A stretch of DNA of 64,000 nt. Source: Chiloscyllium plagiosum (Eukaryota). Location of the stretch: NCBI RefSeq assembly GCF_004010195.1, contig NC_057720.1, positions 7,305,117 to 7,369,116 of the forward strand, in the 5' to 3' direction. Position numbers and translations under genes: made by a program. Below are positions 1 through 11,240 of this stretch, piece after piece. How positions within the stretch are numbered: the stretch's first letter is position 1; every line of letters begins with the position of its first letter. The notes under the pieces are model-generated. The model saw only the letters and a program-made list of their open reading frames with translations. It was not told where the DNA came from and made no database searches.

Positions 1-248
1 GTGGGGGTGAGAGTTTGGAGTGGGTGAGAGGGGTGGACAGTTTGTGGCGATCAATGTCGCGGCGGCAGTTGGATATGAAGGGATCGAGGGCGGGTAAGAG
101 GCCAGCACGGGGTGTCCAGGTGGATGGGGTGTGTTGGAGGTGGGAGAAGGAGTCGTCAGAGGGTGGGCGAGAATTCTTGTTGAAGAAGTAGGCACGGAGG
201 CGAAGGTGGCGGAAGAATTGTTCGATATCTAGCCGCGTGTCGAACTCA
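1..248 (-). mobile_element. Penelope-like retroelement ORF fragment (region N-terminal to RT)
   Basis: Minus strand translates as TRLDIEQFFRHLRLRAYFFNKNSRPPSDDSFSHLQHTPSTWTPRAGLLPALDPFISNCRRDI, matching the FFRxLRLxxYF...STWTP block of vertebrate PLE proteins; runs off the window edge. Confidence 0.8.
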
Positions 249-259
249 GGTAACGTTAT

Positions 260-485
260 AGGTTCAAATTCTGATGGAATTTGGATTCAATAAAAATCTG
301 GAATTAAGACTCTGGTAATAATAACTATGAAACCATGGCTGGTTATCAGGAAAGCCAATCTGGTTCACTAACATCCTTTAGGGAAGGAAAGTGCCATGTG
401 ACTCCAGGCCTACAGTCATGTGGTTGACTCTAGCAATAAATGGTGACTTGACCAGCAAAGTCAATATCTTTTGAATGAATTAGAA
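260..485 (+). mobile_element. tRNA-derived SINE (family 2, shares LINE tail), partial
   Basis: ggttcaaatt B-box-like remnant followed by the family core aaaatctggaattaag...ctggttcactaa...gggaaggaaa...gtgactccag...tggttgactct seen in many copies in this window. Confidence 0.75.
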
Positions 486-1404
486 ATAAAAGCAACTCAA
501 GACCATCACACCGAGATGAGGAAAATTGTTGATCTCCTCCATAATCAGTAAGATTTCATGAGTGCTAGCTTGACATTTAAACTGGTGACTCAAAGTCGGG
601 AAGTGGAGATCTCAGTGCAAAACAGAGTCAATCATCTTGAAAGTGAACTGATTTAAATCGAGGCAATGGGATTGACCACATGAGCACAAGGCAGTATTTT
701 TGCTCGGTGATGGTGCCCTAAAAATGTCAAACAGAAAAGCTGCAGCTTCTGCGAGCTGACTCTCCCCCTGACTGGACCGTTTCTGACATTGCCAGCTGGA
801 GAGGTAAAGCCAACAGCTGGAAACCTGACTTTTGGTTTTTTTTTGTTTTCTAGCTCAGGGTTTTTGGGGCTTGTCCAACGCATCTCATTTCCATGAGAGC
901 CCAGAAGAGTAATCAACACACATCAGCTTGTCTGGCACTCCAGATGAAGGGAACGTCCCTGAGCCACCAAGTCCTCGCTGCTGGGAATAGGGAAACTGGC
1001 CAGCCCTCACATGTTCCAGATCCTTCCAAGCATTCTGCCAAGGTGTAACTGTGCTGTGTTACCATCCCAACGGCTATGCTTCAAAAGAGAGAACAGCGGC
1101 CTATGATGGAGCTTTGACACATCCGTGGAGCCGCGACAGGCACAAAATAAATGTCTTTTCAATCCATTTTACAATGTAGACCTTGAACTCTTCGGAAACA
1201 TTCAGAAATTTAAACTTGGAAGATTGTGGTATGTTGGTAATAGTGGACTAGTCAACAAAATCCCAGGCTAAGATTCAGGAAAATATTGGACTCAATAATT
1301 TCATGTAACCTGAAATTAAATGCCAGCCTGCTAGCAACCATGTACCGATTGTTGTATAAAGCCACTCGGAGTCATACAGCTGAACAGTGTGGAAACAAAT
1401 ACAG

Positions 1405-2125
1405 TCACAGAGTCATAGAGATGTATAGCATGTAAACAGATCCTTCGGTCTAAGTCGTTCATACCAACCAGATATCCTAAATTAATCTAGTCCCATTTGC
1501 CAGCAATGGGCCCATATCCCACTAAACCTATCCAGATGCCTTTTAAATGCTGTAATTGTACCAGCCTCCACCACTTCCTCTGGCAACTCATTCCATACAC
1601 ACACCACTCGCTGCATGAAAATGTTGTCCCTTAGGTCCCTTTTAAATCTCTCCCCTCTCACCCTAAACCTATGCCCTCTAGTTCTGGACTCCCCCACCCC
1701 AGGGCATAGACCTTATCTATTCAGGAGAAAGTGAGGTCTGCAGATGCTGGAGGGCCTGTGCCCGAAACTTCGAATCTCCTGTTCCCTGGATGCTGCCTGA
1801 CCTGCTGTGCTGTTCCAGCAATAAAGTTTCAACCTTATCTATTCAACCTATTCGTGTCCCTCATGATTTTATAAAAATCTCTAAGGTCACCCCTCAGCCT
1901 CTGACGCTCCAGGGAAAACAGCTCTAGCCTATTCAACCCCTCTCTATGGCTCAAATCCTCCAGCATCCTTGTATATTTTTTCTGAACCCTTTCAGGTTTC
2001 ACAACATCCTTCCGATAGCAGAGAGATCAGAATTGAATGCAGTATTCCAAAAATAGCCAACCAATGTCCTGTACAGTCGCAACATGATCTCCCAACTCCT
2101 ACACTCAGTGCACTGACCAATTGCA
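1405..2125 (-). mobile_element. CR1/HER1-like LINE 3' fragment, interrupted by a PLE insertion
   Basis: ORF 1482-1697 gives ESRTRGHRFRVRGERFKRDLRDNIFMQRVVCVWNELPEEVVEAGT, the CR1 ORF2 C-terminus; ctatgactct-type tail. Confidence 0.9.
1724..1831. mobile_element. PLE terminal-repeat mini-insertion, family A
   Basis: ggagaaagtgagg..gcagatgctggag end joined to the opposite-orientation gcccgaaac..ggatgctgcctgacctgctg; 14-bp TSD accttatctattca at 1710-1723 and 1832-1845. Confidence 0.85.
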
Positions 2126-2389
2126 AGGCTACGGGGATAGGGTAGAAGGGTGGGTCTGGGTGAGATGCACTTTGGAGAGTCAGTGTGGGCTTGATTGGAT
2201 GAACAGCCTGTAGGGAATCTGTGATTCTTCTGCGATTATATTCGAAGCAGGAAGTCTGACAGGGTGGGACATCCAAATGAAACGTCCACTTCTCTCCAAT
2301 TCCACAGGACTCCTCCTGATTGCTGCACTTTTACCGCACCCGACTGGTGGAACTGCTTACACATAACCGGCATGTGGACACCATTTGGA

Positions 2390-2730
2390 AGAAGGAAGTC
2401 TGGCGTTTGCATGGCACTACCACAACCCCAGGAAGTCCCAACATGCTTGAGTAGGAAATGAAGCACTTTGGAAGCACAGCCACCTGTTGTAGTGCTGGCA
2501 ACGTGATGCACAGCAAGATCCCACAGACAGCATGGTGACGATGAGCGGATGAAGTTTGATGGATAAGTATTGGCTAGGACATTGGGGAAAACTCACCGGC
2601 TCTTTCCTAAAAGTTGTGCCAGGGAGTCTACTGCTACTAGCTGGAGGAGCAGGCTAGGCATTAGTCTGATGCCATTCTGATAGATGGGTAACTTAGTATT
2701 CCCATACTGCTGCCCTGGGAATGTGAATGA
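2390..2730 (-). mobile_element. DeuSINE (SacSINE1/AmnSINE-like), degraded
   Basis: cacagcaagatcccaca...tattggctaggacattggggaaaactcaccggctct...gtgccaggga resembles the reverse complement of the Deu domain; recognised from memory. Confidence 0.6.
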
Positions 2731-3397
2731 TCAACTCAGCACCTGCTCCCAGACCTAACAGCCAAGCTCCCAGCCCCATGGCCATTAAAGCCACAGCTTC
2801 TAACAGTAGGTGATTGCTGAATAGAAACATGCCCGTTTCATTTCCAACAATGGGAGGAAGTCATCAGTTTCTCTGTGCTCCTTGAACAGGGAATATTGAG
2901 CAGAAATGCAAAAACAATCAAGCATCTGTGGTTTTAATCAGATCTCTCTGCAGCAACACACTGTAGTCTCAAAGACTTCACTTGACATTAGTAGAGTCCT
3001 TTGTAGTGGCAGATGTGTTAAAGACTTCCGCGCTTTGAAATATTGTCAATCGCACCTAAATCTCAATGAATATTTTAGAATTTAATCATTCCGTGTCCTT
3101 CCAGCTCTGTAGCTGGGGTTTGAATCTGCACAAATCAGTGCTCCACAACTCAGTGCACACATTTGGCAAAAGGTGATGTGCAGCTGAGCCCAATGCATGG
3201 CAAGTCCTGGCTTCCATCGCCTGACTTCACTGCGTGAACCAGCCTCTCCTGCTTGTCTGGAAGTCAGGCCAGTGCCCAATGTCAGTGAACCTGCCCCGGC
3301 ATTCACCTTGGAATGGGCGTGAAGGTCTCCTCACCCCCCTCCCCCCTCTCCAAACCCACCTTGCTCCAATGTGGAATGGAATGGGATCCTCAAATGG

Positions 3398-3581
3398 AGT
3401 GCAAGTGGGTACTGCAGATGTTGGAGATTAGAGTCAAGATTAGAGTGGTGCTGGAAAAGCTCAGCAGGTCAGGCAGCATCAGGAATGAGGCCTGATGAAG
3501 GGCTTTTGCCCGAAACGTTGATTTTCCTGCTCCTCGGATGCTGCCTGACCTGCTGAGCTTTTCCAGCATCACTCTAATCTT
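3398..3581. mobile_element. Fold-back PLE mini-element, family A, with hammerhead motif
   Basis: Inverted arms (tcaagattagagtggtgctggaaaagctcagcaggtcaggcagcatc and its reverse complement); CTGATGA 3492-3498, stem gggc/gccc, GAAA 3512-3515; 13-bp TSD gatcctcaaatgg at 3385-3397 and 3582-3594. Confidence 0.85.
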
Positions 3582-4169
3582 GATCCTCAAATGGTGCTTT
3601 GGGGGCATGAGCAGGGGGGCATTGGGGCCTCCTGTAGTCCAAATACTTATTTTGTAAGCTTGGACATTAGAGTGACGTGGATTCATGTAGCACCTTTAAT
3701 GACCACAGGAAGCCTCAATATATTTCACATTCAATTAAATACCATTGCAATGTCTTATTGAAGCTTGTTTAAGTGTTTGACAGAGCACATATAGTTGGGA
3801 CGTTTCCCCTGGCTGATAAGTTGAGAACCATAGGACACACTCCCAGAATAATGGGGAGGCTATTTCGGATGTAAACCAGGAAAGTTTTCTTCACTCTAGA
3901 GGGTGACAATTTGTTGGAATTCTCAATCCCAGAAGGCTGTGAAAGGTCAATCGTTGACTATGGTCAGGACTGAGAGTGACAAATTTGTAAATACAACCAG
4001 TTTTACGGGATATGAAGACACTACAGGAATATAGAACTAGAATCAAGATGATTAACCAATGATCTGGAGTGGTATAGCAGATTTGAGGGGCTGAATGGCC
4101 AGCTCCTGCTTCCTATGTAGTGCAGTAATGCCAGAAGTGGAGACAGACAACTGACACAGGCAAGCTACA

Positions 4170-4760
4170 AGAGCAGTTCAGAGGCTAGGAATCTGAGTAA
4201 CTCACCTCCTGACTCCCCAAAGTCTGTCCACCATCGACAAGGCAGAAGTCAGGAGTGTGCTAGAGTATTCCCCACTTGCCTGGATGGGTGCAGCTCCAAC
4301 AACACTCAAGAAGCTTGATACCACCCAAGGCAAAGCAGCCCCCTTGATTAGGACCACATCCATAAACATCCACTCCCTGCACCACCGATGCTCATTTGCA
4401 GCAGTGTGTACTATCTACAAGATGCACTGTAGAAATTCGCACAAGATCCTCAGACGACATCTTCCAAACCCACGTCCACTTCCACCTAGAAGGACAAGGG
4501 ACATGGGAACACCACCACCTGCAAGTTCCCCTCCAAGCCACTGACCATCCTGACTTGGAAATGTATCGACCGTTCCTTCGGTGTTGCTGAGTTAGAATCC
4601 TGGAATTCCCTCCCTATTGGCATTGTGGGTCAACCTACAACAACACTGACTGCAGCAGTTCAAGAAGGCAGCTCACTACCACCTTCTCAAAGGGGAAACT
4701 AGGGATGGGCAATAAATGCTGGACCCAGACAGCACACCCATGTTGCATGAGTGAACTAAA
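4170..4760 (+). mobile_element. CR1/L2-group LINE 3' fragment (second family)
   Basis: ORF 4257-4544 LEYSPLAWMGAAPTTLKKLDTTQGKAA..SLHHR..YKMH is a non-LTR ORF2 C-terminus; tail tagggatgggcaataaatgctgg. Confidence 0.85.
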
Positions 4761-4919
4761 ACAAGAAACTCCCATAAGTGTGGTTATCTGGTTAATCCTG
4801 ATGTTGGTCAAAGGATACCGGGGCGACATTGTTCTGCACTGTATTAGTGCTACAAGATTTTTCACATCCCTCTATAGACAGGACCCCAGTTTAAGATCAA
4901 ATCTTCAACCCCGTACGCC

Positions 4920-5237
4920 AACATAATCAAAGACCTCTCCCATCCCAGTTATACTCTCATTCAACCTTTTCCATTGGACAGGAGATACAAAAACTGAAAC
5001 ACACAGACTGACAAATTGAAGAACAACTTCTTCCCTGCTGCTATTATACTTCTGAATGGGCCTCTCAAATTTTAAATTTAATGTTGATCAGTCATTGTGC
5101 ACCTTCTCTGTAGCTGTAACATTGTATTCCTCGCTCTGTTCTATTACCCTGATTCACTTTGTATGGATGGTCTCCCTCTACTGCACACAAAACAAAACTT
5201 TCCATTGTATCTACCTACACATGACAAGAATAGATCA
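4920..5237 (+). mobile_element. Rex1/Babar-like LINE 3' end
   Basis: Degenerate NIIKDLSHP..LIQPFPLDRRYK..KLKNNFFPAAIILLN motif, followed by a UTR ending ttccattgtatc..catgacaa. Confidence 0.7.
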
Positions 5238-5437
5238 GAAATCACACAACACCAGGTTACAGTCCAACAGGTTTATTTGAAATCACAAGCTTTTGCTACA
5301 CCGCCCTTTCATCAGGTGACAGAGGAGCAGTGCTCCAAAAGCTTGTAATTTCAAATAAACCTGTTGGAATATAACCTGGTGTTGTGTGATTTCTGACCTT
5401 GTCCACCTCTGTCCAACACCAGCATCTCCACATCATG
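5238..5437. mobile_element. Fold-back PLE mini-element, family B
   Basis: Inverted arms aatcacacaacaccaggtta..tccaacaggtttatttgaaat / atttcaaataaacctgttgg..taacctggtgttgtgtgatt; degenerate hammerhead halves at the apex. Confidence 0.85.
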
Positions 5438-5894
5438 AATGAATCAAAATCATTGCATTGCAGCTCTCCAGTGAATGCCAGGCTGGATTTTGTGCTTATA
5501 GTTCTGGATTGGCATTCAAATTCACAACTTCCCTGACTCAGAAGAGAGAGCTCTACCCTTGCAGCCAAGACTGACACATGGGGAACAGCCAGGCTGGAAA
5601 AGGTGATCAGAGTGTGTGTGGTGCAATAACTGCCAGTTGCCTCAGCGCAGGAAAGAACTGGCAAACGAGATAAACATAGACAGACTCAACAGTCTGGCCT
5701 CAGATAAGTCAAGCATTGGCACTTCAGCAAGCTTTTCATCTGGCAACGCTTCTCATCAGCTTCCAATATAGGGTCTTTCCATTGTCCAGGACTGCCTGAG
5801 GTTCACTGGTTAGTGAGCCAAGACTACATGTTTGCTCAGCTCTGCCTTTGGCACAGTGTGGACAATGGTAACTGTGCATACCATACCAGTGACA

Positions 5895-6002
5895 GGATTC
5901 AGGATTAGAGTGGTGCTGAAAAAGCACAACAGTTCAGGCAGCATCTGAGGAGCAGGAAAATCGATGTTTCAGGCAAAAGCTCTTCTTCAGGAATACAGGT
6001 TT
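5895..6002 (-). mobile_element. PLE mini-insertion, family A
   Basis: 16-bp TSD taccataccagtgaca at 5879-5894 and 6003-6018; family-A sequence ending just past a degenerate hammerhead. Confidence 0.85.
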
Positions 6003-6892
6003 TACCATACCAGTGACATCCTACTGGCAAGTGGGTGCAACTCCCTCACTGGGTTAATACACTGGAAATCAAGCCCTTCTATTCCCGGAGATGTCACAAA
6101 AGTTAGAAATCTAATCAACGAATGCAAAGTCTCCAGCTTACCTGTCAGATACGTTCAGGTTAACAGAAAACACACAGCAGGTTTCTGTTTTTAATAAGAA
6201 CAACTATCTATTACAAATGGATTCTAACCACAAGGTGAATAACTATGAACTGTCAACGTCTTACTCTAATGTTACAAAACCCAAACCCCTTCTTTAAAAA
6301 TCCCTACACACACGCAGACACAGACAAACAAAGAAAAAAAACTGGTGTCATGGATGAAGGGGAAAGAAATACTGGAGAAACAGTTCAATAACACTAGCCC
6401 TCAGGACTCATTGGATGTTCCTTTTGTTTCCCAAGTCCTTCAGTTCTCTGGCCTTTTCCTATAAGTTCTTTCACAGGATGTACAGAGTAGTTGGTTCACA
6501 AATTATAAAGTATCTTAACGTATTGGATAAGAGTAAAATCTTACAGCAACTGGTGGGAGAAAACAATTGGATTTCTTTAGCTTTGCATATTTTCACTGGA
6601 GAGAGAGGGAGACCATACCTCCCCTTGCAGAGGTCCCAGGGATTCTCTCTACATTGCTTATTCCCACAAGCTGTTTAGCAACTCAGGAACCAATCAAAAC
6701 ATTGCCATCAGGCTGATGACTACTGGCACCCAATAATAGTCATAATTCCACAAAACAATCAGCCCCTTGTTGCTGGCCAAATCTCACTTGGTACATCCCA
6801 TGCTGCCTATTAAAACCACCTCCAATGGCCTGAAAAACAACAGTGTAAACACAATTCAGAATAAGCACTGTCAGCTTGCTTTTTAAAGTATT

Positions 6893-7305
6893 TGTTGAGG
6901 TGCTGCTGTTGGACTGGGGTGCACAAAGTCAGAAGTCACACCACGTTATAGTCCAACAGATTTACAAGTAGTTAGTCTATAACGTTATAGCTGATTCTTG
7001 TGCAATCCCGTGTTATAGAAAAATCCCACTTTAGAAACAGCACTTAGAGTCATGGCGATGTAATCACATTACAGCCAACACACGTTGTTAACGTTTGTGC
7101 TTTAAAAGCAGTGTCCGCAATTTGTCAATTCACGTTAACAAAACGCACATTTTAACAGAATGATCCCCCCCCCCCCCCCCCCTTGAAATCACAAGCTTTC
7201 GGAGTGTTGCTCCTTCATCACCTGACAAAGGGGCAGTGCTCCAGAAGCCTGTGATTTGAAATAAAGCTGTTGGACTATGAGTTGGTGACACGTGACATCT
7301 GACTG
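6893..7305. mobile_element. Fold-back PLE family B element containing a nested MITE
   Basis: Family-B arms; apex ctccttcatca|cctgacaaagggg at about 7210-7235; MITE at 6964-7163 splits the left arm. Confidence 0.75.
6964..7163. mobile_element. Tc1/mariner (Tigger-like) MITE
   Basis: Internal similarity (tgtgcaatcccgtgttata, ttacagccaa, ctttagaaacagc) to copies at 40550-40769 and 42709-42926. Confidence 0.6.
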
Positions 7306-8649
7306 CTTAAAAGTACAGCAATTGCTTCCTCAGTCCTTTATTATCGAGCAATCCTCTTTGCTGTAAAGAAACACAACCAAAAAACAGTACAGTGTAAAGC
7401 TGCAATCTGAGGTAATGGGTAAGTGCATTGTGATCAGTTTCCAGGTCTTTCTCAGGTGGGAAAGTATTGACTTGCAACTGGTTTGGTGGCAAATGTGCCA
7501 AGTATGTTGCTCTTGCCAATTACATGCAGGGTTTAGGAGGTAGGTAAAAACAAAATCGCCTCTCTTTTCATTTTTTTGTTTTGCTTTGAGAAGCGATGCA
7601 GATGACTTGAGAATGGCAGTCCTGTGAGGGTTCCTGAGGAGCTGCCTTAATCCGTGTCAGATTCAGACTGGAGATGGCGGGAGCTCTGACTCAGATGAGG
7701 GCTGTGACTCACACACTGGCTCCGTGTCAGATGATACGGCTGATAACGAGACACCCCCCCTGAGCATGAGCAGCGAAAAGGTAGCTCTGAAGAAACCACA
7801 TCTCTCTCAGTCTGTGCTGCGGTGTGACATTTTCCCTGAGTAACATTTCAACAGAATTCATCTCAAATAGCCTGTCGCTCGCATGTCAGTTTGTCATAGG
7901 GAGGACAAGACCATACAAAATGGTCTCCTTCAATAGCTCAATCAGACAGTAGCTGAGCTAATCATATCTCTAACCATGCCTCTTGTCTACCTTTGATTTT
8001 CTGCAGCTAGTACGTTCCCCTTCTAGCAAACAAGCCTTGAGTTGCCAGGAACAAAATTTCCTCCAACTTTATTTTTTTTATGCCCCGGCGATTTCGGTAT
8101 GTATCTGGCTCTTTTGAAATCTTCTGCAGTAAGTTAAAGGGGCTGCGTTGTTGCCAGGGGAGCTTGTAGGCTGCGGGGCCACATGAGTGAAAGGGAAGAC
8201 TGACTTGGACGGGGAGGCTCTGAGTTACTGTGAAGTCAGGGAATGCACATTTGGCAGTGTACTGCAGTGGGACAGAATGATCAAACTCCGGCTGTGATGT
8301 GAACTAGCTGTCAGCACCCAGACAGGGCTCAGGTCAGCAGTGAGTGGTGAGAAGTGCAGGCAGGAAGCAGCCAGTCAAGATAAGGAACATCGTGGAATAT
8401 TAGCGGAGATGAGGTCACATAGAGATGCTCAAAAAAAGCTGCAGTGGCTTCCCTGAGAGCTGTTAGGGTGATGAGGAAGTGTGAATGAAATCATGAAGAG
8501 TTTGGGCAGAAGAAATCAGAGGAGAGGGATTGATAAGCCGATTTGTTTTATTCATTGATGGAATCACTGGCCATCACTTTATTGCCCATCTGTAACTGAC
8601 CTGCAGAAGGTGAGGGTGAGCTGCCTTCTTGAACAATTGCAGTCTTAAG

Positions 8650-9028
8650 AGTCATAGAGTCCCTTCGGTCCAACCCGTCCATGCCGACCAGATATCCCAA
8701 CCCAATCTCGTCCCACCTGCCAGCACCCGGCCCATATCCCTCCAAACCTTTCCTATTCATATACTCATCCAAATGCCTCTTAAATGTTGCAAATGTACCG
8801 GCCTCCACCAATTCCTCTGACAGCTCATTCCTCTGCGTGAAAAAGTTGCCCCTTAGGTCTCTTTTATATCTTTCCCCTCTCACCCTAAACCTATGCCCTC
8901 TAGTTCTGGACTCCCCGACCCCAGGGAAAAGATTTTGTCTATTTACCCTATCCATGCCCCTCATGATTTTCTAAGCCTCTATAAGGTCACCCTTCAGCCT
9001 CCGATGCTCTGGGGAAAACAGCCCCAGT
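8650..9028 (-). mobile_element. CR1 LINE 3' fragment nested in a second-family LINE tail
   Basis: ORF 8548-8964 MRGMDRVNRQNLFPGVGESRTRGHRFRVRGERYKRDLRGNFFTQR. Confidence 0.9.
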
Positions 9029-9094
9029 CCTAAGGCACATAGCCGATAGAGAGGGGTTCCAGGATTTTGACACAGTAACACTGGAGTGACAGTC

Positions 9095-9720
9095 ACTAAC
9101 TCACCTCATGCTCCTCCAAAGCCTATCCACAAGTCAGGAGTGTGCTTGAATCCTTTTGTCTTATGGGTGCAGCTTCAACAAAATTCAAGATGTTTGACAC
9201 CATCAGGACAAAGCAGCCCACTTGATTGGCACCACATCCACAAGCATCCACTTCCTCCACAATGGATACACAGTGGCAACAGTGTGTTCCATCTACAAGG
9301 TGTTCCATAATAACTCACCAAGGCTCCTTCAACAGCTATTTCTAAACTCTCAAACACTGGAAGGACAAGGATAGCTGATGTATGGGAACACCACACCTGT
9401 AATATCCCCTCAAAGTCTCACACCATCCTGACTTGAAAATATATCACTATTCTTTCATTGTTGATGGGCCACAGTCCTGGACCTCCCTCCCTCAGAGCAT
9501 TGTGGATGTTCCTAAGCCCCCAAACACTGCAGTGCTTCAAGAAAGCAGCTCATCCTGATGTACTCAGGCCAATCAGGGATGGGAGAAAGTGAGGACTGCA
9601 GATGCTGGAGATAAGAGCTGAAAAATGTGGTGCTGGAAAAGCGCAGCAGGTCAGGCAGCATCAGGGATGGACAATAAATAACAGTCCAGCCAGCAACACT
9701 CACATCCCTGAAATGAATAA
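9095..9720 (+). mobile_element. CR1/L2-group LINE 3' fragment (second family) with PLE insertion in tail
   Basis: Homologous to 4170-4760; PLE family A at 9583-9659 with 11-bp TSD atcagggatgg (9572-9582, 9660-9670). Confidence 0.8.
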
Positions 9721-10113
9721 ATGAAAGACAGATTAAAAATGTCTAACAATGGCTGTTCAATCAGAATTTACAAATATTAACAAGATATTTCAAGAGTGCC
9801 TGCAATTTCTCCCTTGGTTCAAAGCTTACTTTATATGTTACACTGACTAAATGTTGAAACCCTCCCCCCTTTTCCAGAACTGGGCTTGCTACTCTGTCAA
9901 TGTTTGTTGCGATGACGCAGCCTATTCTCAATCAGTTCCATCACTTCCAAAGCAAAATTCAGATCATCTTCTTTGGTTCTGCACTCCCTCAGCACATGAT
10001 GCAGAAAATTTAAAATTCTCATTGGCTGTCCAAATTTTTCTGCAAATCAATACGCAACTTTTCCAGTTTTTAACATCATTGCTCAGTGATACTCTGCTCC
10101 CTGACACACTATC

Positions 10114-10260
10114 CAGAGTGTGATGCTGGAAAAGCACAGCAGGTCAGGCAGCATCTGAGGAGCAGGAGAATCGACATTTTGGGTAAGAGCCCTTCAGGAT
10201 GGGTCTTTCCATCACCACAGACTTGACTCTGATTACCAGCATCTGCATTTTCTCTTGTAC
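10114..10260. mobile_element. PLE mini-element, family A, inverted
   Basis: 11-bp TSD gacacactatc at 10103-10113 and 10261-10271; two opposite-orientation family-A segments. Confidence 0.8.
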
Positions 10261-10554
10261 GACACACTATCACAGGTAATTGTGCCTTACAATGTGCTCT
10301 GTACACCCAATGCCATCTACATCAATTACTCTGACGTTACAAGCAACAGGTCCCCATAACTGCATGATCCAAAACATATTGCAGGTAATTGGAGAAGATT
10401 TAACTTTAACATTGACGTTACATTTCGATTGTTCAGGGTCTCTACCAGAAACCTTGGGCAAACAGTTTTCCATTGATAATGGCATACTCACTACCGCTGG
10501 AATCGAAACACTCCCCCACCCTGATCCCCTCTGGCTGCTATGAAGTTCATCTCA

Positions 10555-11240
10555 CATCGACACACACACTCACTCTCACACACGCACACACACACTCACT
10601 TACTCTCACTCACACACACTCACACTCACTCTCACATGCACACACACAGACACTCACTCTCACACGCACACACAAACACACTTACTCACACACACAGACA
10701 CACACACGCACTTACTCACTTAGTCTCACACAGACACACACACGTGCTTACTCACTTACTCTCACACACAGACACACACACGCACTTACTCACTTAGTCT
10801 CACACAGACACACACACGTGCTTACTCACTTACTCTCACACACAGACACACACACGCACTTACTCACTTAGTCTCACACAGACACACACACGTGCTTACT
10901 CACTTACTCTCACACACAGACACACACACGCACTTACTCACTTAGTCTCACACAGACACACACACGTGCTTACTCACTTACTCTCACACACAGACACACA
11001 CACGCACTTACTCACTTAGTCTCACACAGACACACACACGTGCTTACTCACTTACTCTCACACACAGACACACACACGCACTTACTCTCAGACACACACG
11101 CATACACTCACTTACTCTCAGACACACATGCACACACTCACTTATTCTCACACACACAGAAACACACGCACACATTCACTTACTCTCACACACACAGACA
11201 CACGCGCACACACTCTTACACACACACGCACACTCACTCT
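10555..11240. repeat. CA-rich minisatellite with 74-bp higher-order unit
   Basis: tagtct marker recurs at 10721, 10795, 10869, 10943 and 11017 (period 74 = 36+38 bp subunits). Confidence 0.95.

Larger units (their letters stand above)
6036..7391. mobile_element. Putative solo LTR (related to 21166-22752) with nested PLE and MITE
   Basis: Start tgcaactccctcactgggttaatacactggaaatcaagccc aligns with tgttactcctcactgcggtagtgcagtggaattttaagtcc at 21166; right end uncertain. Confidence 0.45.

Noticed and set aside
7766..7786. MSSEK start exon of a named gene
   Set aside because: Five residues and a weak donor cannot support an assignment
10686..11087. CRISPR-like regular array
   Set aside because: Units are contiguous with no unique spacers, no cas genes, eukaryotic context
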